Shown: in pieces, positions 10,169 through 19,689 of the stretch
How the letters are laid out: every line of letters starts with the position of its first letter
How positions within the stretch are numbered: the first letter of the stretch is position 1
NCBI GenBank assembly: GCA_002753335.1
Contig: PEAD01000014.1
Coordinates: 1-64,000 of the forward strand
Direction of reading: 5' to 3'
Origin: Nitrospirae bacterium MYbin3
GTDB lineage: Bacteria > Nitrospirota > Thermodesulfovibrionia > Thermodesulfovibrionales > Dissulfurispiraceae
DNA length: 64,000 nt
Notes under the pieces: generated by a model
Databases searched by the model: none
Told to the model about the DNA's origin: nothing
What the model saw: only the letters and a program-made list of their open reading frames with translations
Translations under genes and position numbers: made by a program

Positions 10169-11169
10169 CTATAGAAATAGACGCGCTTTATTTCATGCTT
10201 GTAGTTGAGGCGTTTCTTATCATTTTGGTTGCTATGACTCTACTTGCCCGCAAACATGCAAAATACAAGGCCCTTTATGAAAAAATTGTTTCAGGGCAGG
10301 AAGTCGCAGTTAGTGAGTATTCTGCTCCTATTCTAGAGAAGCCTGTTTCTGTTCCTGAGCCCGAAAAAACGGAAGCACAGCCGGTTGCCGAACCTGAACC
10401 AGAGCCAGAGCCTATAGCGGTTTCTGAACCGGAGCCAGAGCCTCAGCCACAGCCGGAGCCAGAACCTGATGCTATTTCGGTTGAGCCCGAAGCTGAGGAG
10501 CCAAAGAAAGATGAAGATCTTGACTGGGGCGATGCCTTTGCTGAGCAGGCGGCTACTAAAACCGCGGATACTATAAATATAGATGACATTATGTCCCAAG
10601 AGCCTGCTTCTGAAGAACAACCTGAAGTTAATGAAGGTTCAGATGAAAAGCAGGAACCTACTGCCGGTCTTCATAAGGTTGTGAAGTTTCAGAAAGAGAA
10701 GATAATTGACTTGATGGGATACAAGGACCTTTTTGAGAGTGCACAGAAAAAACTGAAATCAATTCTGAAAAATTACGAGGATGTTCAGGAGAGATTTACC
10801 ACTTTAGCTACATGGCTGCCTGATAATGAAGAACTTAAGGCTGCTACCGAGCAGGTTATTGGAAACAACAGCGATCTCAGCGGTTTCGTAAACACTATCG
10901 AAAAAAGCACAGCCGTTTTAGCCGAAAAATTCGGTTCGTATGATGAACAGCTAAACGAGCTTATGCAGCAGAGCGATGCTGGTGTTGAAGAGGTTGACGA
11001 AGGTGTTTATAAGGATATACTTAAGGAAAAAGAAGAACTTCTGGCCAAGGTAAAAGAATTTGAAGATATGCTAAAAGAAAAGGCCAGCAAGGTTGCTGAG
11101 GTTGAGGCTCAATATGAAGACCTAGAAAATGAATACATGACTCTTTACAGACAGCAGCAACAGCAGTAG
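10165..11169 (+). CDS. Membrane-anchored acidic protein with Pro-Glu linker and coiled-coil C-terminus
   Basis: N-terminal TM helix, EPEPEP repeats, heptad-like C-terminus; 4-bp overlap with the vWA gene. Confidence 0.75.
   Translation: MTIEIDALYFMLVVEAFLIILVAMTLLARKHAKYKALYEKIVSGQEVAVSEYSAPILEKPVSVPEPEKTEAQPVAEPEPEPEPIAVSEPEPEPQPQPEPEPDAISVEPEAEEPKKDEDLDWGDAFAEQAATKTADTINIDDIMSQEPASEEQPEVNEGSDEKQEPTAGLHKVVKFQKEKIIDLMGYKDLFESAQKKLKSILKNYEDVQERFTTLATWLPDNEELKAATEQVIGNNSDLSGFVNTIEKSTAVLAEKFGSYDEQLNELMQQSDAGVEEVDEGVYKDILKEKEELLAKVKEFEDMLKEKASKVAEVEAQYEDLENEYMTLYRQQQQQ
10350..10500 (+). repeat. Low-complexity GAGCCA/GAACCT-type repeats encoding (EP)n
   Basis: e.g. gaacctgaaccagagccagagcct ... 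ccggagccagagcctcagccacagccggagccagaacct. Confidence 0.7.
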
Positions 11170-11221
11170 CAAAGCATATTCTGTAATTTTCTTTAAGCTT
11201 CCCTATGACGCATTCTGATTG

Positions 11222-12121
11222 TCACAATAGCTGATAAAGAACCGGTAGTGTTGCAAAGCTTAGAATGATTCCTAAGCCGACCAATGCGGCTGTCAGATTA
11301 GGCGAGAGATTCGACAATATAGCAAGTGCTCCTGCCGAAATCATAGGCGGCATACCGGATTCAAATACAGAAACCCTTACCGCTTCTCCTTCCAGTCCCG
11401 CTGCTTTGCAGATGAATAGAGCTGCAAGCGGTGCCCCTACAAGTTTGATGCTTAGCCCTATACAAAGCTGAGTAGTTGCCTCTCTGCTTAATCGCAGGGT
11501 TAGCTGAAACCCCACAGCAATCATAACTACCGGCACGAGGGTTGAGGATAATGCGTTTAAAATACTAACCGTCATAGGCGGATAAGTAAAAGACTTCAAC
11601 AAAAATGCAAGAACGAGTGCAATAAACGGCGGGAATGAGATTATTTTCTTTAACACATCCTGTATTGTCGGTCTGTTTTTTCCTGTGCCGTAAATGGCAA
11701 GAATCAATGAACCGTAGGTGGCCAGCGCCAAGAATGAACCTAACTGGTCATATAGCACTGCGTAGGGAATAGCTTGATCTCCAAAGAATGCTCTCACCAT
11801 AGGAATGCCGAGAAAAGATGTATTCCCGAGTGGAACCAAAAGGAGAAGGCAGCCTGTGGTCGGGCGGTCCCATTTAAGCATTTTGGACAAGATTAATATT
11901 ACAGAGCAAGAAATCAGAAGCATAGCCCAAGGCATAAAAGCGGGTGTTAATAAATTTGGGGCTAAAACCAATTCCGGAATTTTAATAAGGACCAAGGCTG
12001 GCAGGGATATATGAATTACGAATAAATTGAGTACATTGCCGGTCTCGGGCGGAAAAGCAGGTATTCGCCGTAATCCCATGCCGATAAGCAGATATGCCAG
12101 TATTATTGCGAAATTTTCCAT
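11222..12121 (-). CDS. AEC (auxin efflux carrier) family transporter
   Basis: About 10 TM segments; ISLPAL, GNTSFLGIP and SGMPP motifs. Confidence 0.88.
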   Translation of the reverse strand: MENFAIILAYLLIGMGLRRIPAFPPETGNVLNLFVIHISLPALVLIKIPELVLAPNLLTPAFMPWAMLLISCSVILILSKMLKWDRPTTGCLLLLVPLGNTSFLGIPMVRAFFGDQAIPYAVLYDQLGSFLALATYGSLILAIYGTGKNRPTIQDVLKKIISFPPFIALVLAFLLKSFTYPPMTVSILNALSSTLVPVVMIAVGFQLTLRLSREATTQLCIGLSIKLVGAPLAALFICKAAGLEGEAVRVSVFESGMPPMISAGALAILSNLSPNLTAALVGLGIILSFATLPVLYQLL

Positions 12122-12130
12122 CTTAAAATG

Positions 12131-13150
12131 TCAGGAAGCCGCATCCATCTTGCCGAGCATTTTAACAAACGCTGCGAGCAGTGTGCGGTCGTAGTCATTT
12201 TTTTCGGCAGCTATGGTCTTAAGGGCTTCGTAAGGTTTCAGCCCGTATTTGTTGGGGCGCGGTGTGGTCAGGTATTCGTAGCAATCGGCAATCGCCGCAA
12301 TCCTTCCGGCTGTTTTCATTTCTTTGTCGCTTATGCCTAAGGGGTATCCTTTACCTGTGAGTTTTTCATGGTGCTGCAGGACTATGAGCATTGATTCGTC
12401 AGAGAGCCCCCCGACCTCTTTCATTATTTTCACGCCTTGAGCCACATGGGTTTTGTATATATTGAATTCACTGCTGCTTAGCTTTCCCTGCTTGTTCAGG
12501 ATTTCAACCGGTATCGTGGTCTTTCCGATGTCATGCAGCAGAGCTCCAATCCCATGATGCTCGATTGTCTGTTCTGAGAGCCCTAAAATTCTCCCCAATC
12601 CTATAGTTAGAACCGCTACGTTTACAGAATGCATATAGGCATAGAAGTCGTGTTTCTTAAGGGTAAGGAGGTCATGTATGACTTCAGGCTCTTCAAATAT
12701 GCATTTTATGATATGCCCTGCGGTATCTCTTACGGTTTCGACCGTCTGCCGGCTTACCGGGTTTGCAAAGAGATCCTTCATTACCATCTTAGACTGTTCT
12801 TTTACTATGACAGCAGACTTTGACTTGTCACCATTGAACGCGTTGTCTGTTTGGGTAAGCATAGCGAGATAATCCTGATAAAGAGGTATGTCAGAGCTTT
12901 TTATCAGGAAATCACTTTTGTCATCAGCTGTTGTTTTATCTATAACAGCAGGGTTGTTATCATCGCCATCCAGAAGCAGTTTTAACATCTGTCCGTGAAG
13001 TGAAAATACTCGGAACGGGATTTTATTGTTCGGAATAAGAAAAGCCTGATCTATAAGATAGTATTGCTCCGCATTCAGGGTGTATTCCTTGTATGACTGG
13101 AGTTCGTCCTGAGCCTGTTTATCCTGTATGTTTATGACCTTAGTGGACAT
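12131..13150 (-). CDS. HD-GYP domain protein
   Basis: HSVNVA, LLHDIGK and HHEKLTGKGYP; C-terminal motifs slightly degenerate (ADCYE, RPNK). Confidence 0.85.
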   Translation of the reverse strand: MSTKVINIQDKQAQDELQSYKEYTLNAEQYYLIDQAFLIPNNKIPFRVFSLHGQMLKLLLDGDDNNPAVIDKTTADDKSDFLIKSSDIPLYQDYLAMLTQTDNAFNGDKSKSAVIVKEQSKMVMKDLFANPVSRQTVETVRDTAGHIIKCIFEEPEVIHDLLTLKKHDFYAYMHSVNVAVLTIGLGRILGLSEQTIEHHGIGALLHDIGKTTIPVEILNKQGKLSSSEFNIYKTHVAQGVKIMKEVGGLSDESMLIVLQHHEKLTGKGYPLGISDKEMKTAGRIAAIADCYEYLTTPRPNKYGLKPYEALKTIAAEKNDYDRTLLAAFVKMLGKMDAAS

Positions 13151-13176
13151 ATATCAAGCGAAAATCTAAAACAAAA

Positions 13177-15066
13177 CTATGCTATCGGCAGATAAATAGT
13201 AAATGTAGTTTCTTTTTCAGGGATGCTATTGGCGGATATCAAGCCGTCATGCTCTTTGATAATGTTATATGTCACCGAAAGCCCTAAACCGGTGTGTTCC
13301 AGCATGCTTTTTGTTGTAAAGAACGGCTCATAAATTCTTGAGCGCACGCTTTCATCCATGCCGTTTCCCGTATCGCTTATTTGCAACACTATGCTTTTAC
13401 CCAGTTTCTGCCTCGGCTGTTCGGTGACGGTTATTTCTTCCTCATGCATTTCTATCTTCAGTAATCCGCCGTTAGGCATCGCTTCTTTTGCGTTTATGCA
13501 TATGTTCAGAATGGCTTGCTTCAGATGCTCTTTATCACCTTTTATCTTCGGCAGATTTATCTGCGTCTGCTTTTCTATTTTTATGCTTTTTGGGAACGAA
13601 GGTGAGATTATTGCGATAATTTCTTCAACCAGTTCGTGCAGGTTTATAAAGTCTGCTTCAAAGCGGCTTTTTTGTGAGAAGGTGCGCAACTGCTGAATAA
13701 GTGATGATGCCCTGTGCGCAGAGCTTTCTATTGTTTCTGCTATCCGTGCAAGTTCTTCCGCGTCTTTATGCTGAAGGGCGGATAGCTTCATTCGTAAAAG
13801 TCCTGCATATCCGAGTACTCCTACTAGGATATTGTTGAGATTGTGAGATAGGCCTGCTACAAGTGTTGTTATTGACCTTAGCCTTTGGCTTTCAAGAAGA
13901 TGGGTTTCAAGCTGTTCTTTCTCGGTAATGTCTATGCCTGTACCGACCACATACTTTATTTCGTTCTCCTCAATGATAACAGTATTGTTCCAAAGCAGTG
14001 TGAATTCTTTGCCCTCTTTTGAAACAATAGGATGCTTTATTGAGTTCGGAGACTTCTGTTCTATAAGCTCATCAAAGGTTGTGCGCATGGGAGGAACAAA
14101 GCGTTCAGGGATAAGAAAATCCCAGATGCAGCATCCTTTTATCTCGTCCTCATTGTAGCCGGTCAGGTTTTGGGAGGCTTTATTGAACATCACAATTTTA
14201 CCGTCTTTATCCAGCACTACTATTATTGCGCCGACGGTCGAAATCAATTGGTCCATAAAATCTTTTTGGTGCTGTAGTTCTTTGAGGGTGTTATGCAGCC
14301 TCTCTGTTCTGAGTGTTATCACATATTCGAGATTTTTGCGATAGTTGTCCATTTCGGTGTTCATGCTGTTCAGCCGGTCAACCATGAAGTTGAAGTTGTC
14401 CGCAAGCGTCTTGAACTCATCTTTTGAATCGGCAACTACAGACACAGACATCTCTCCGGCCGCTATCTTTATTGATGCATCTGAGATGTCCGAAAGGGGC
14501 TTTATAAGTTTTTTCGAAACAACAATGCCTATGATTATAAAAACAAAGCTTGTCAATAATGTTACTGCTATGAAATATTTGCTTTTGTCCATAAGGTATG
14601 AGGTGAGGAACCCAGCATCGTATTCTATATAAACAAACCCTAGTAGAGAATTTTTTGCAAATATCGGCTCAATGTAGAGCAGGGTGTTGCCTTTCCATTC
14701 GTGGGCTGAAGATTCAAGCCCCATACCCTTTCGCAGCAGAATAGTTTCAAACTCCGGCTGCGTCGCTGATCGGGACTGCTCAGCAAGGAGCTTACTGCTT
14801 CTGTCGTACAAGCCGATTCTGCTGATGTGTTTAAACTTCCGCATAACTTCTTCCATCTGTATGACTGCATCTGCCCCTCTGTTTTTGAGCAGATTGTCCG
14901 AAAATATTATGCCTAGGGCCCTTGCGGTATATTCTACACGCTCGACGATATGCTCTAGTTCGTCTTCCTGGTAATAGCTTTTGAATACATACCCCAGGGC
15001 TAAGCCGGTGGTTAGTACGGCGGTGATGATAAGTATACCGATTTTATGACTGAAGCCTAATTTCAT
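13177..15066 (-). CDS. Membrane sensor histidine kinase (HAMP + PAS + HisKA + HATPase)
   Basis: 2 TM helices, HAMP, PAS, GLSHNLNN H-box, NAKEAM, DTGNGM, EPFFTTK and GLGL. ATG 15066 likely. Confidence 0.88.
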   Translation of the reverse strand: MKLGFSHKIGILIITAVLTTGLALGYVFKSYYQEDELEHIVERVEYTARALGIIFSDNLLKNRGADAVIQMEEVMRKFKHISRIGLYDRSSKLLAEQSRSATQPEFETILLRKGMGLESSAHEWKGNTLLYIEPIFAKNSLLGFVYIEYDAGFLTSYLMDKSKYFIAVTLLTSFVFIIIGIVVSKKLIKPLSDISDASIKIAAGEMSVSVVADSKDEFKTLADNFNFMVDRLNSMNTEMDNYRKNLEYVITLRTERLHNTLKELQHQKDFMDQLISTVGAIIVVLDKDGKIVMFNKASQNLTGYNEDEIKGCCIWDFLIPERFVPPMRTTFDELIEQKSPNSIKHPIVSKEGKEFTLLWNNTVIIEENEIKYVVGTGIDITEKEQLETHLLESQRLRSITTLVAGLSHNLNNILVGVLGYAGLLRMKLSALQHKDAEELARIAETIESSAHRASSLIQQLRTFSQKSRFEADFINLHELVEEIIAIISPSFPKSIKIEKQTQINLPKIKGDKEHLKQAILNICINAKEAMPNGGLLKIEMHEEEITVTEQPRQKLGKSIVLQISDTGNGMDESVRSRIYEPFFTTKSMLEHTGLGLSVTYNIIKEHDGLISANSIPEKETTFTIYLPIA

Positions 15067-15196
15067 TAGTTTTTCCGTTAAACGGCAGGTAGTGAAAGTA
15101 TATGGTCTGCCAGGAGATTTTGCAAGTAGTAAAATTGACAAAAAACGAAAATTGAAACTATAATCACATACTTTTCTTTAAATTAAGGAGGATGTT

Positions 15197-15529
15197 ATGG
15201 CAGAAGGAATTGTTGAGCTCACCTCTTCCACATGGGAGCCTGAAGTGCTGCAGGCTAAGGGCGTCGTGATGGTTGATTTTTGGGCGGTCTGGTGCGGCCC
15301 GTGCAGGATGATTGCCCCAACCGTAGAGGAGCTCGCAAAAGAATATACCGGAAAAATAAAGGTCGGCAAACTTAACACCGATGAAAATTCCGAAGTGGCA
15401 AGCAAGTACAAGATTATGGGAATACCCACCATAATGTTCTTTAAGGACGGACAAAAAGTGGATCAGGTGGTTGGAGCGGTGCCCAAACCGCAGCTCAAAT
15501 CCAAGATAGACAGCCTGCTCGGAGGGTAA
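15197..15529 (+). CDS. trxA: Thioredoxin
   Basis: DFWAVWCGPC and GIPT; AAGGAGG RBS. Confidence 0.96.
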   Translation: MAEGIVELTSSTWEPEVLQAKGVVMVDFWAVWCGPCRMIAPTVEELAKEYTGKIKVGKLNTDENSEVASKYKIMGIPTIMFFKDGQKVDQVVGAVPKPQLKSKIDSLLGG

Positions 15530-16065
15530 TGAGGAAACTCTTACCGTTACTGTTTTTTATAGCGGTAGCTTTACAGATAACAGCCTGCTCTCAGAAGGGG
15601 AACGAAGCTGACAAGACGCAACAGTCCGGCCGTTCCTCTTCTTCATTTACGCTTGTCGGCCTTGATGGGAAAAATACAAACCTAGATGAGTTTAAAGGCA
15701 AGGTTGTTCTGCTCGAGTTTTTTGCGACGTGGTGCTATCCCTGCGAAATTGCGGTGGCTGACTTGCAGCGCATATACAACAAATACAAAGACAAGGGATT
15801 CACGGTAGTGGCCATATCCGAAGACGAAGGCTCAGGCGCTGCGGTTGCTGTGAAAAAATTTGTAAATAATCTTCGAATCTCATACCCTGTTTTTATAGAT
15901 GATGGCAAAGGCAGCGCAGCAAGGCATTACGGGATTTTCGGCCTGCCGACAAGTTTTATAATAGACAGGGACGGCAGGGTTGTTGCAAAGCATTCTGGAC
16001 TGTCACCCGACATGATGAACGAAATGTCGCGCGAGATAGAAACGCTTCTTAAGAAGCCGTTATAA
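15529..16065 (+). CDS. TlpA/ResA-family disulfide reductase lipoprotein
   Basis: Lipobox ITAC; GKVVLLEFFATWCYPC; LPTSFIIDRDG. Confidence 0.88.
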   Translation: MRKLLPLLFFIAVALQITACSQKGNEADKTQQSGRSSSSFTLVGLDGKNTNLDEFKGKVVLLEFFATWCYPCEIAVADLQRIYNKYKDKGFTVVAISEDEGSGAAVAVKKFVNNLRISYPVFIDDGKGSAARHYGIFGLPTSFIIDRDGRVVAKHSGLSPDMMNEMSREIETLLKKPL

Positions 16066-16090
16066 AGATAATTCAATAAGGAAAACCGCT

Positions 16091-17422
16091 ATGTTCGAAA
16101 CACTAAGCGACAAACTTGACTCGATATTCAAAAAACTGAAGGGCAGGGGACTGCTTAAAGAAGAGGATGTCGATGTTGCGCTCAAGGAGATAAGGCTTGC
16201 GCTGCTTGAGGCTGACGTTAACTTCAAGGTCGTAAAAGATTTTGTCGAGAAGGTAAGGGAAAAGGCCATAGGCAAAGAGGTTCTCGAAAGCCTTTCACCC
16301 GGCCAGCAGGTTGTCAAGATAGTTCATGACACTCTCTGCAATTTTCTGGGCGAGAGCAACACAAAAATCCAGCTTGCTGCCAATCCGCCTACGGTTTTGA
16401 TGATGATAGGGCTTCAGGGATCGGGAAAGACCACAACTTCTGCAAAGCTGGCCCGCTTCTTTAAAAAAGAGGGCAGACGGCCAATGCTTGTTGCAGCAGA
16501 CCTCCAGAGACCGGCAGCTATAGACCAGCTGATAACGCTCGGCAAACAGCTTGACATACCGGTTTTCTATTCCAAAGAATCGAAAAATCCTGTGGCGGTC
16601 TGCGGCGATGCTCTCAAACAGGCCAAGCTTGATGGTCGGGACATTGTGATACTAGATACCGCAGGAAGGCTTCATATCAACGAAGAGTTGATGAAAGAGC
16701 TCAAGGACGTAAAAAATTCTACGCTTCCCAAAGAGGTATTGCTTATTGCGGACGCCATGACCGGACAGGATGCTGTGAACATGGCAAAGAGCTTTAACGA
16801 GCAGATAGGTATTGATGGCGTAATCCTTACCAAGATGGACGGCGATGCAAGGGGCGGCGCAGCTTTATCCATAAGGAGCGTAACCGGCAAGCCGATAAAG
16901 TTCCTCGGCATGGGCGAAAAGATAGACATGCTTGAGCCTTTCCATCCCGACAGGATAGCGGGTCGGATATTGGGCATGGGCGATGTGCTCACTCTTATAG
17001 AAAACGCCCAGCAATCCTTTGATCAGAAAGAGGCAGAGAAGCTCCAGAAAAAGATGCTTGAGGACAGTTTCTCTTTTGATGACCTGAAAGATCAGCTAAA
17101 AAAACTGAGGAGCATGGGGCCGTTAGAGAACATCCTGGGCATGATCCCGGGGCTTGGCAAAGCGGTTAAGGATGTGAAGGTTGATGAGCGTGAGTTTGTG
17201 AGGATAGAGGCGATAATCAACTCTATGACTATGAAAGAACGAAACAATGTAAATCTTATGAACGGAAGCCGCAAAAAAAGGATAGCCATGGGCAGCGGCA
17301 CATCTGTTGCCGATGTTAATCGCCTGATAAAGCAGTACCTCGATATGAAAAAGATGATGAAGATGTTCAAAGGCGGCAAGGGCATGAAAGGCTTCAGGAT
17401 GCCCAAGGGTTTCGGGTTCTGA
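16091..17422 (+). CDS. ffh: Signal recognition particle protein
   Basis: GLQGSGKTT, DTAGR, TKMDGDARGG and a Met-rich M domain. Confidence 0.98.
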   Translation: MFETLSDKLDSIFKKLKGRGLLKEEDVDVALKEIRLALLEADVNFKVVKDFVEKVREKAIGKEVLESLSPGQQVVKIVHDTLCNFLGESNTKIQLAANPPTVLMMIGLQGSGKTTTSAKLARFFKKEGRRPMLVAADLQRPAAIDQLITLGKQLDIPVFYSKESKNPVAVCGDALKQAKLDGRDIVILDTAGRLHINEELMKELKDVKNSTLPKEVLLIADAMTGQDAVNMAKSFNEQIGIDGVILTKMDGDARGGAALSIRSVTGKPIKFLGMGEKIDMLEPFHPDRIAGRILGMGDVLTLIENAQQSFDQKEAEKLQKKMLEDSFSFDDLKDQLKKLRSMGPLENILGMIPGLGKAVKDVKVDEREFVRIEAIINSMTMKERNNVNLMNGSRKKRIAMGSGTSVADVNRLIKQYLDMKKMMKMFKGGKGMKGFRMPKGFGF

Positions 17423-17559
17423 TCTTTTGTATGTCATGCCCGAAGTTTGTCTTCGAATGTCGTAATAGTGGGTTCTTAAGTGGGCATCCCGTTTATTTGG
17501 TCTGGTTTGTCCTATAAAGCCGACGCTCCAACAGCCCCTCTTTTCCTGTATAATAGCGT

Positions 17560-19689
17560 ATGGGTTTTTTATCGGATATCAAGCGGGATTTTCGCGCTGT
17601 TTTCGAGCGTGATCCGGCCGCAACAAATGCCTTGGAAGTGGCGCTCACCTATCCCGGATTTCATGCTGCGGCAGCTTATCGTATAGCTCATGCGCTATGG
17701 AATTCTGGCGTGCCTATTTTGCCAAGAATCATCTCGAATATTTCGAGGACTCTCACCGGCATAGACATTCACCCAGCGGCAAAGATTGGAGCAGGTTTTT
17801 TTATTGATCACGGAATGGGAGTTGTTATCGGCGAAACATCCGAAGTGGGAGAAGAATGTCTTTTGTATCAGGGCGTAACTCTTGGAGGGACGGGCAAAGA
17901 CAAGGGTAAGAGGCATCCTACGCTCGGCAATCATGTTGTGGTAGGGGCCGGAGCAAAGATACTCGGGCCTATAACTATCGGAGATTATGTGAAGGTCGGC
18001 GCAAATTCTGTTGTTCTTAAGCCGGTGCCGGATAATGCTATTGTGGTTGGCGTTCCGGGCAAAATCATAAAAAGAAAGGTAGTAAGGATAGGGGAGGAAG
18101 GGCTGTTCGAAACGCTCGACCATGTAAGGCTTCCCGATCCTGTTGACGATAGACTGCAGGAGATGACCGAATATATCGAAAAGCTTGAAGCAAGGATAGA
18201 GAAGCTTGAAGGAAGAGGAGGCAGGATGAAGGTTTTCAACACCATGAGCGGCAGGAAAGAGGATTTTGTCCCGCTCACTAAAAATAAAGTCGGCATCTAT
18301 GCCTGCGGTGTCACGGTTTATGACTACTGCCATATAGGCCATGCCCGCAGCGCTATAGTGTTTGATGTTATGGTGAAGTATCTGCGCCATAAAAATTTTG
18401 ATGTGAAATATGTGCGGAACTTTACGGACATTGATGACAAGATAATCAGGCGGGCGAACGAAGAGGGCAGCGCATGGGATGCGGTGGCCTCAAAATATAT
18501 AGACGAATATTACCGTGATATGGATATGCTTGGAATAGCGAGGGCGGATATAGAGCCGAAGGCTACCGAACATATTCAGGAGATGATTGATGTAATAAAG
18601 GCGCTGGTCGATAAAGGCGTTGCATACGCTGTTGCCGAAGGCGAAAACAGCAGTGTTTATTTTGCGGTAGAGAAATTTGGCGAGTATGGCAAACTCTCGA
18701 AGAAAGAGCAGAAAGACCTGCAGGCAGGCGCGCGTGTGGATGTTGACGAGAGGAAGAAAACCCCGATGGATTTTGCTCTCTGGAAGGCTTCAAAAGAGGG
18801 GGAACCGTGGTGGGAAAGCCCGTGGGGCAAGGGCAGACCGGGATGGCATATAGAATGCACCGCTATGGCTATAAAGCATCTTGGGGAATCGATAGACATT
18901 CATGGCGGCGGCGCGGATTTGATTTTCCCTCATCACGAAAACGAGATTGCCCAGTCGGAAGCGTTCACAGGCAAGCCTTTCGCCAAATACTGGATGCACA
19001 ACGGCTTTATAACTATAGACAAAGAGAAGATGTCGAAATCGCTCGGCAACTTTTTTACGATACGGGACATATTGGAGAAGTATGACGCTGAAGTCGTCAG
19101 GCTGTTCGTTTTATCGAGCCATTACAGGAACCCGATAGAATTTTCTCACGAGCAGTTGAGGGATGCGGAATCATCGCTAGACCGTGTTTACAGCACAATA
19201 GCTAGGATTGAGGAGTTTCTTGTTTCTGACAGCGCATCAAAGAAAACGGTTTCAACCGCCGAGTTCGAAGAGTTTTTAGGAGAGTTCGAAGGGCTCTTTG
19301 CAGAAGCGATGGACGATGATTTTAACACCGCTTTATCAATAGGCCATATATTCGAGTTTGTCAGGGAGATTAATAAATTCTTGGATGCCAAGCCTCACGG
19401 AGACGCTGCAAAGGCTCTTATTGCAAGGGCAAAGGTTATGTTTGCAACAGCAACCGGAGTACTGAATCTTTTCAGGAGAACTCCTCTTCAGTGGAATGTG
19501 GACCTTTTGAGAAGCAAAAAAATAGAGCTTTCTGAACAGCAGATAATTCAGAAGATCGGTGAAAGGCAGGATGCGAGGCAGAAGAAAGACTGGGCAATGG
19601 CCGATGCTGTCAGAAAAGAACTTGAGGACAAGGGAATCCTTCTCGAAGACAAAAAAGAGGGAACCGACTGGAAGGTCAAGATTGCCTGA
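17560..19689 (+). CDS. cysE-cysS: Fusion of serine O-acetyltransferase (CysE) and cysteine--tRNA ligase (CysS)
   Basis: aa 1-~175 CysE ([26 protein letters not shown]); coiled-coil linker; CysRS from aa 223 (CGVTVYD, HIGH, DFALWK, PGWHIEC, KMSKS). No stop between the two parts. Confidence 0.93.
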   Translation: MGFLSDIKRDFRAVFERDPAATNALEVALTYPGFHAAAAYRIAHALWNSGVPILPRIISNISRTLTGIDIHPAAKIGAGFFIDHGMGVVIGETSEVGEECLLYQGVTLGGTGKDKGKRHPTLGNHVVVGAGAKILGPITIGDYVKVGANSVVLKPVPDNAIVVGVPGKIIKRKVVRIGEEGLFETLDHVRLPDPVDDRLQEMTEYIEKLEARIEKLEGRGGRMKVFNTMSGRKEDFVPLTKNKVGIYACGVTVYDYCHIGHARSAIVFDVMVKYLRHKNFDVKYVRNFTDIDDKIIRRANEEGSAWDAVASKYIDEYYRDMDMLGIARADIEPKATEHIQEMIDVIKALVDKGVAYAVAEGENSSVYFAVEKFGEYGKLSKKEQKDLQAGARVDVDERKKTPMDFALWKASKEGEPWWESPWGKGRPGWHIECTAMAIKHLGESIDIHGGGADLIFPHHENEIAQSEAFTGKPFAKYWMHNGFITIDKEKMSKSLGNFFTIRDILEKYDAEVVRLFVLSSHYRNPIEFSHEQLRDAESSLDRVYSTIARIEEFLVSDSASKKTVSTAEFEEFLGEFEGLFAEAMDDDFNTALSIGHIFEFVREINKFLDAKPHGDAAKALIARAKVMFATATGVLNLFRRTPLQWNVDLLRSKKIELSEQQIIQKIGERQDARQKKDWAMADAVRKELEDKGILLEDKKEGTDWKVKIA

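Noticed and set aside
17423..17559. T-box leader for cysE-cysS
   Set aside because: No T-box consensus or terminator and too short; only a weak ATGCCC...GGGCAT palindrome resembling a decayed REP-like element
19559..19681. ORF-track N-terminal extension of the acetate-CoA ligase
   Set aside because: Overlaps cysS by about 130 bp; family similarity starts at TTG 19682 (xPESLFNP)
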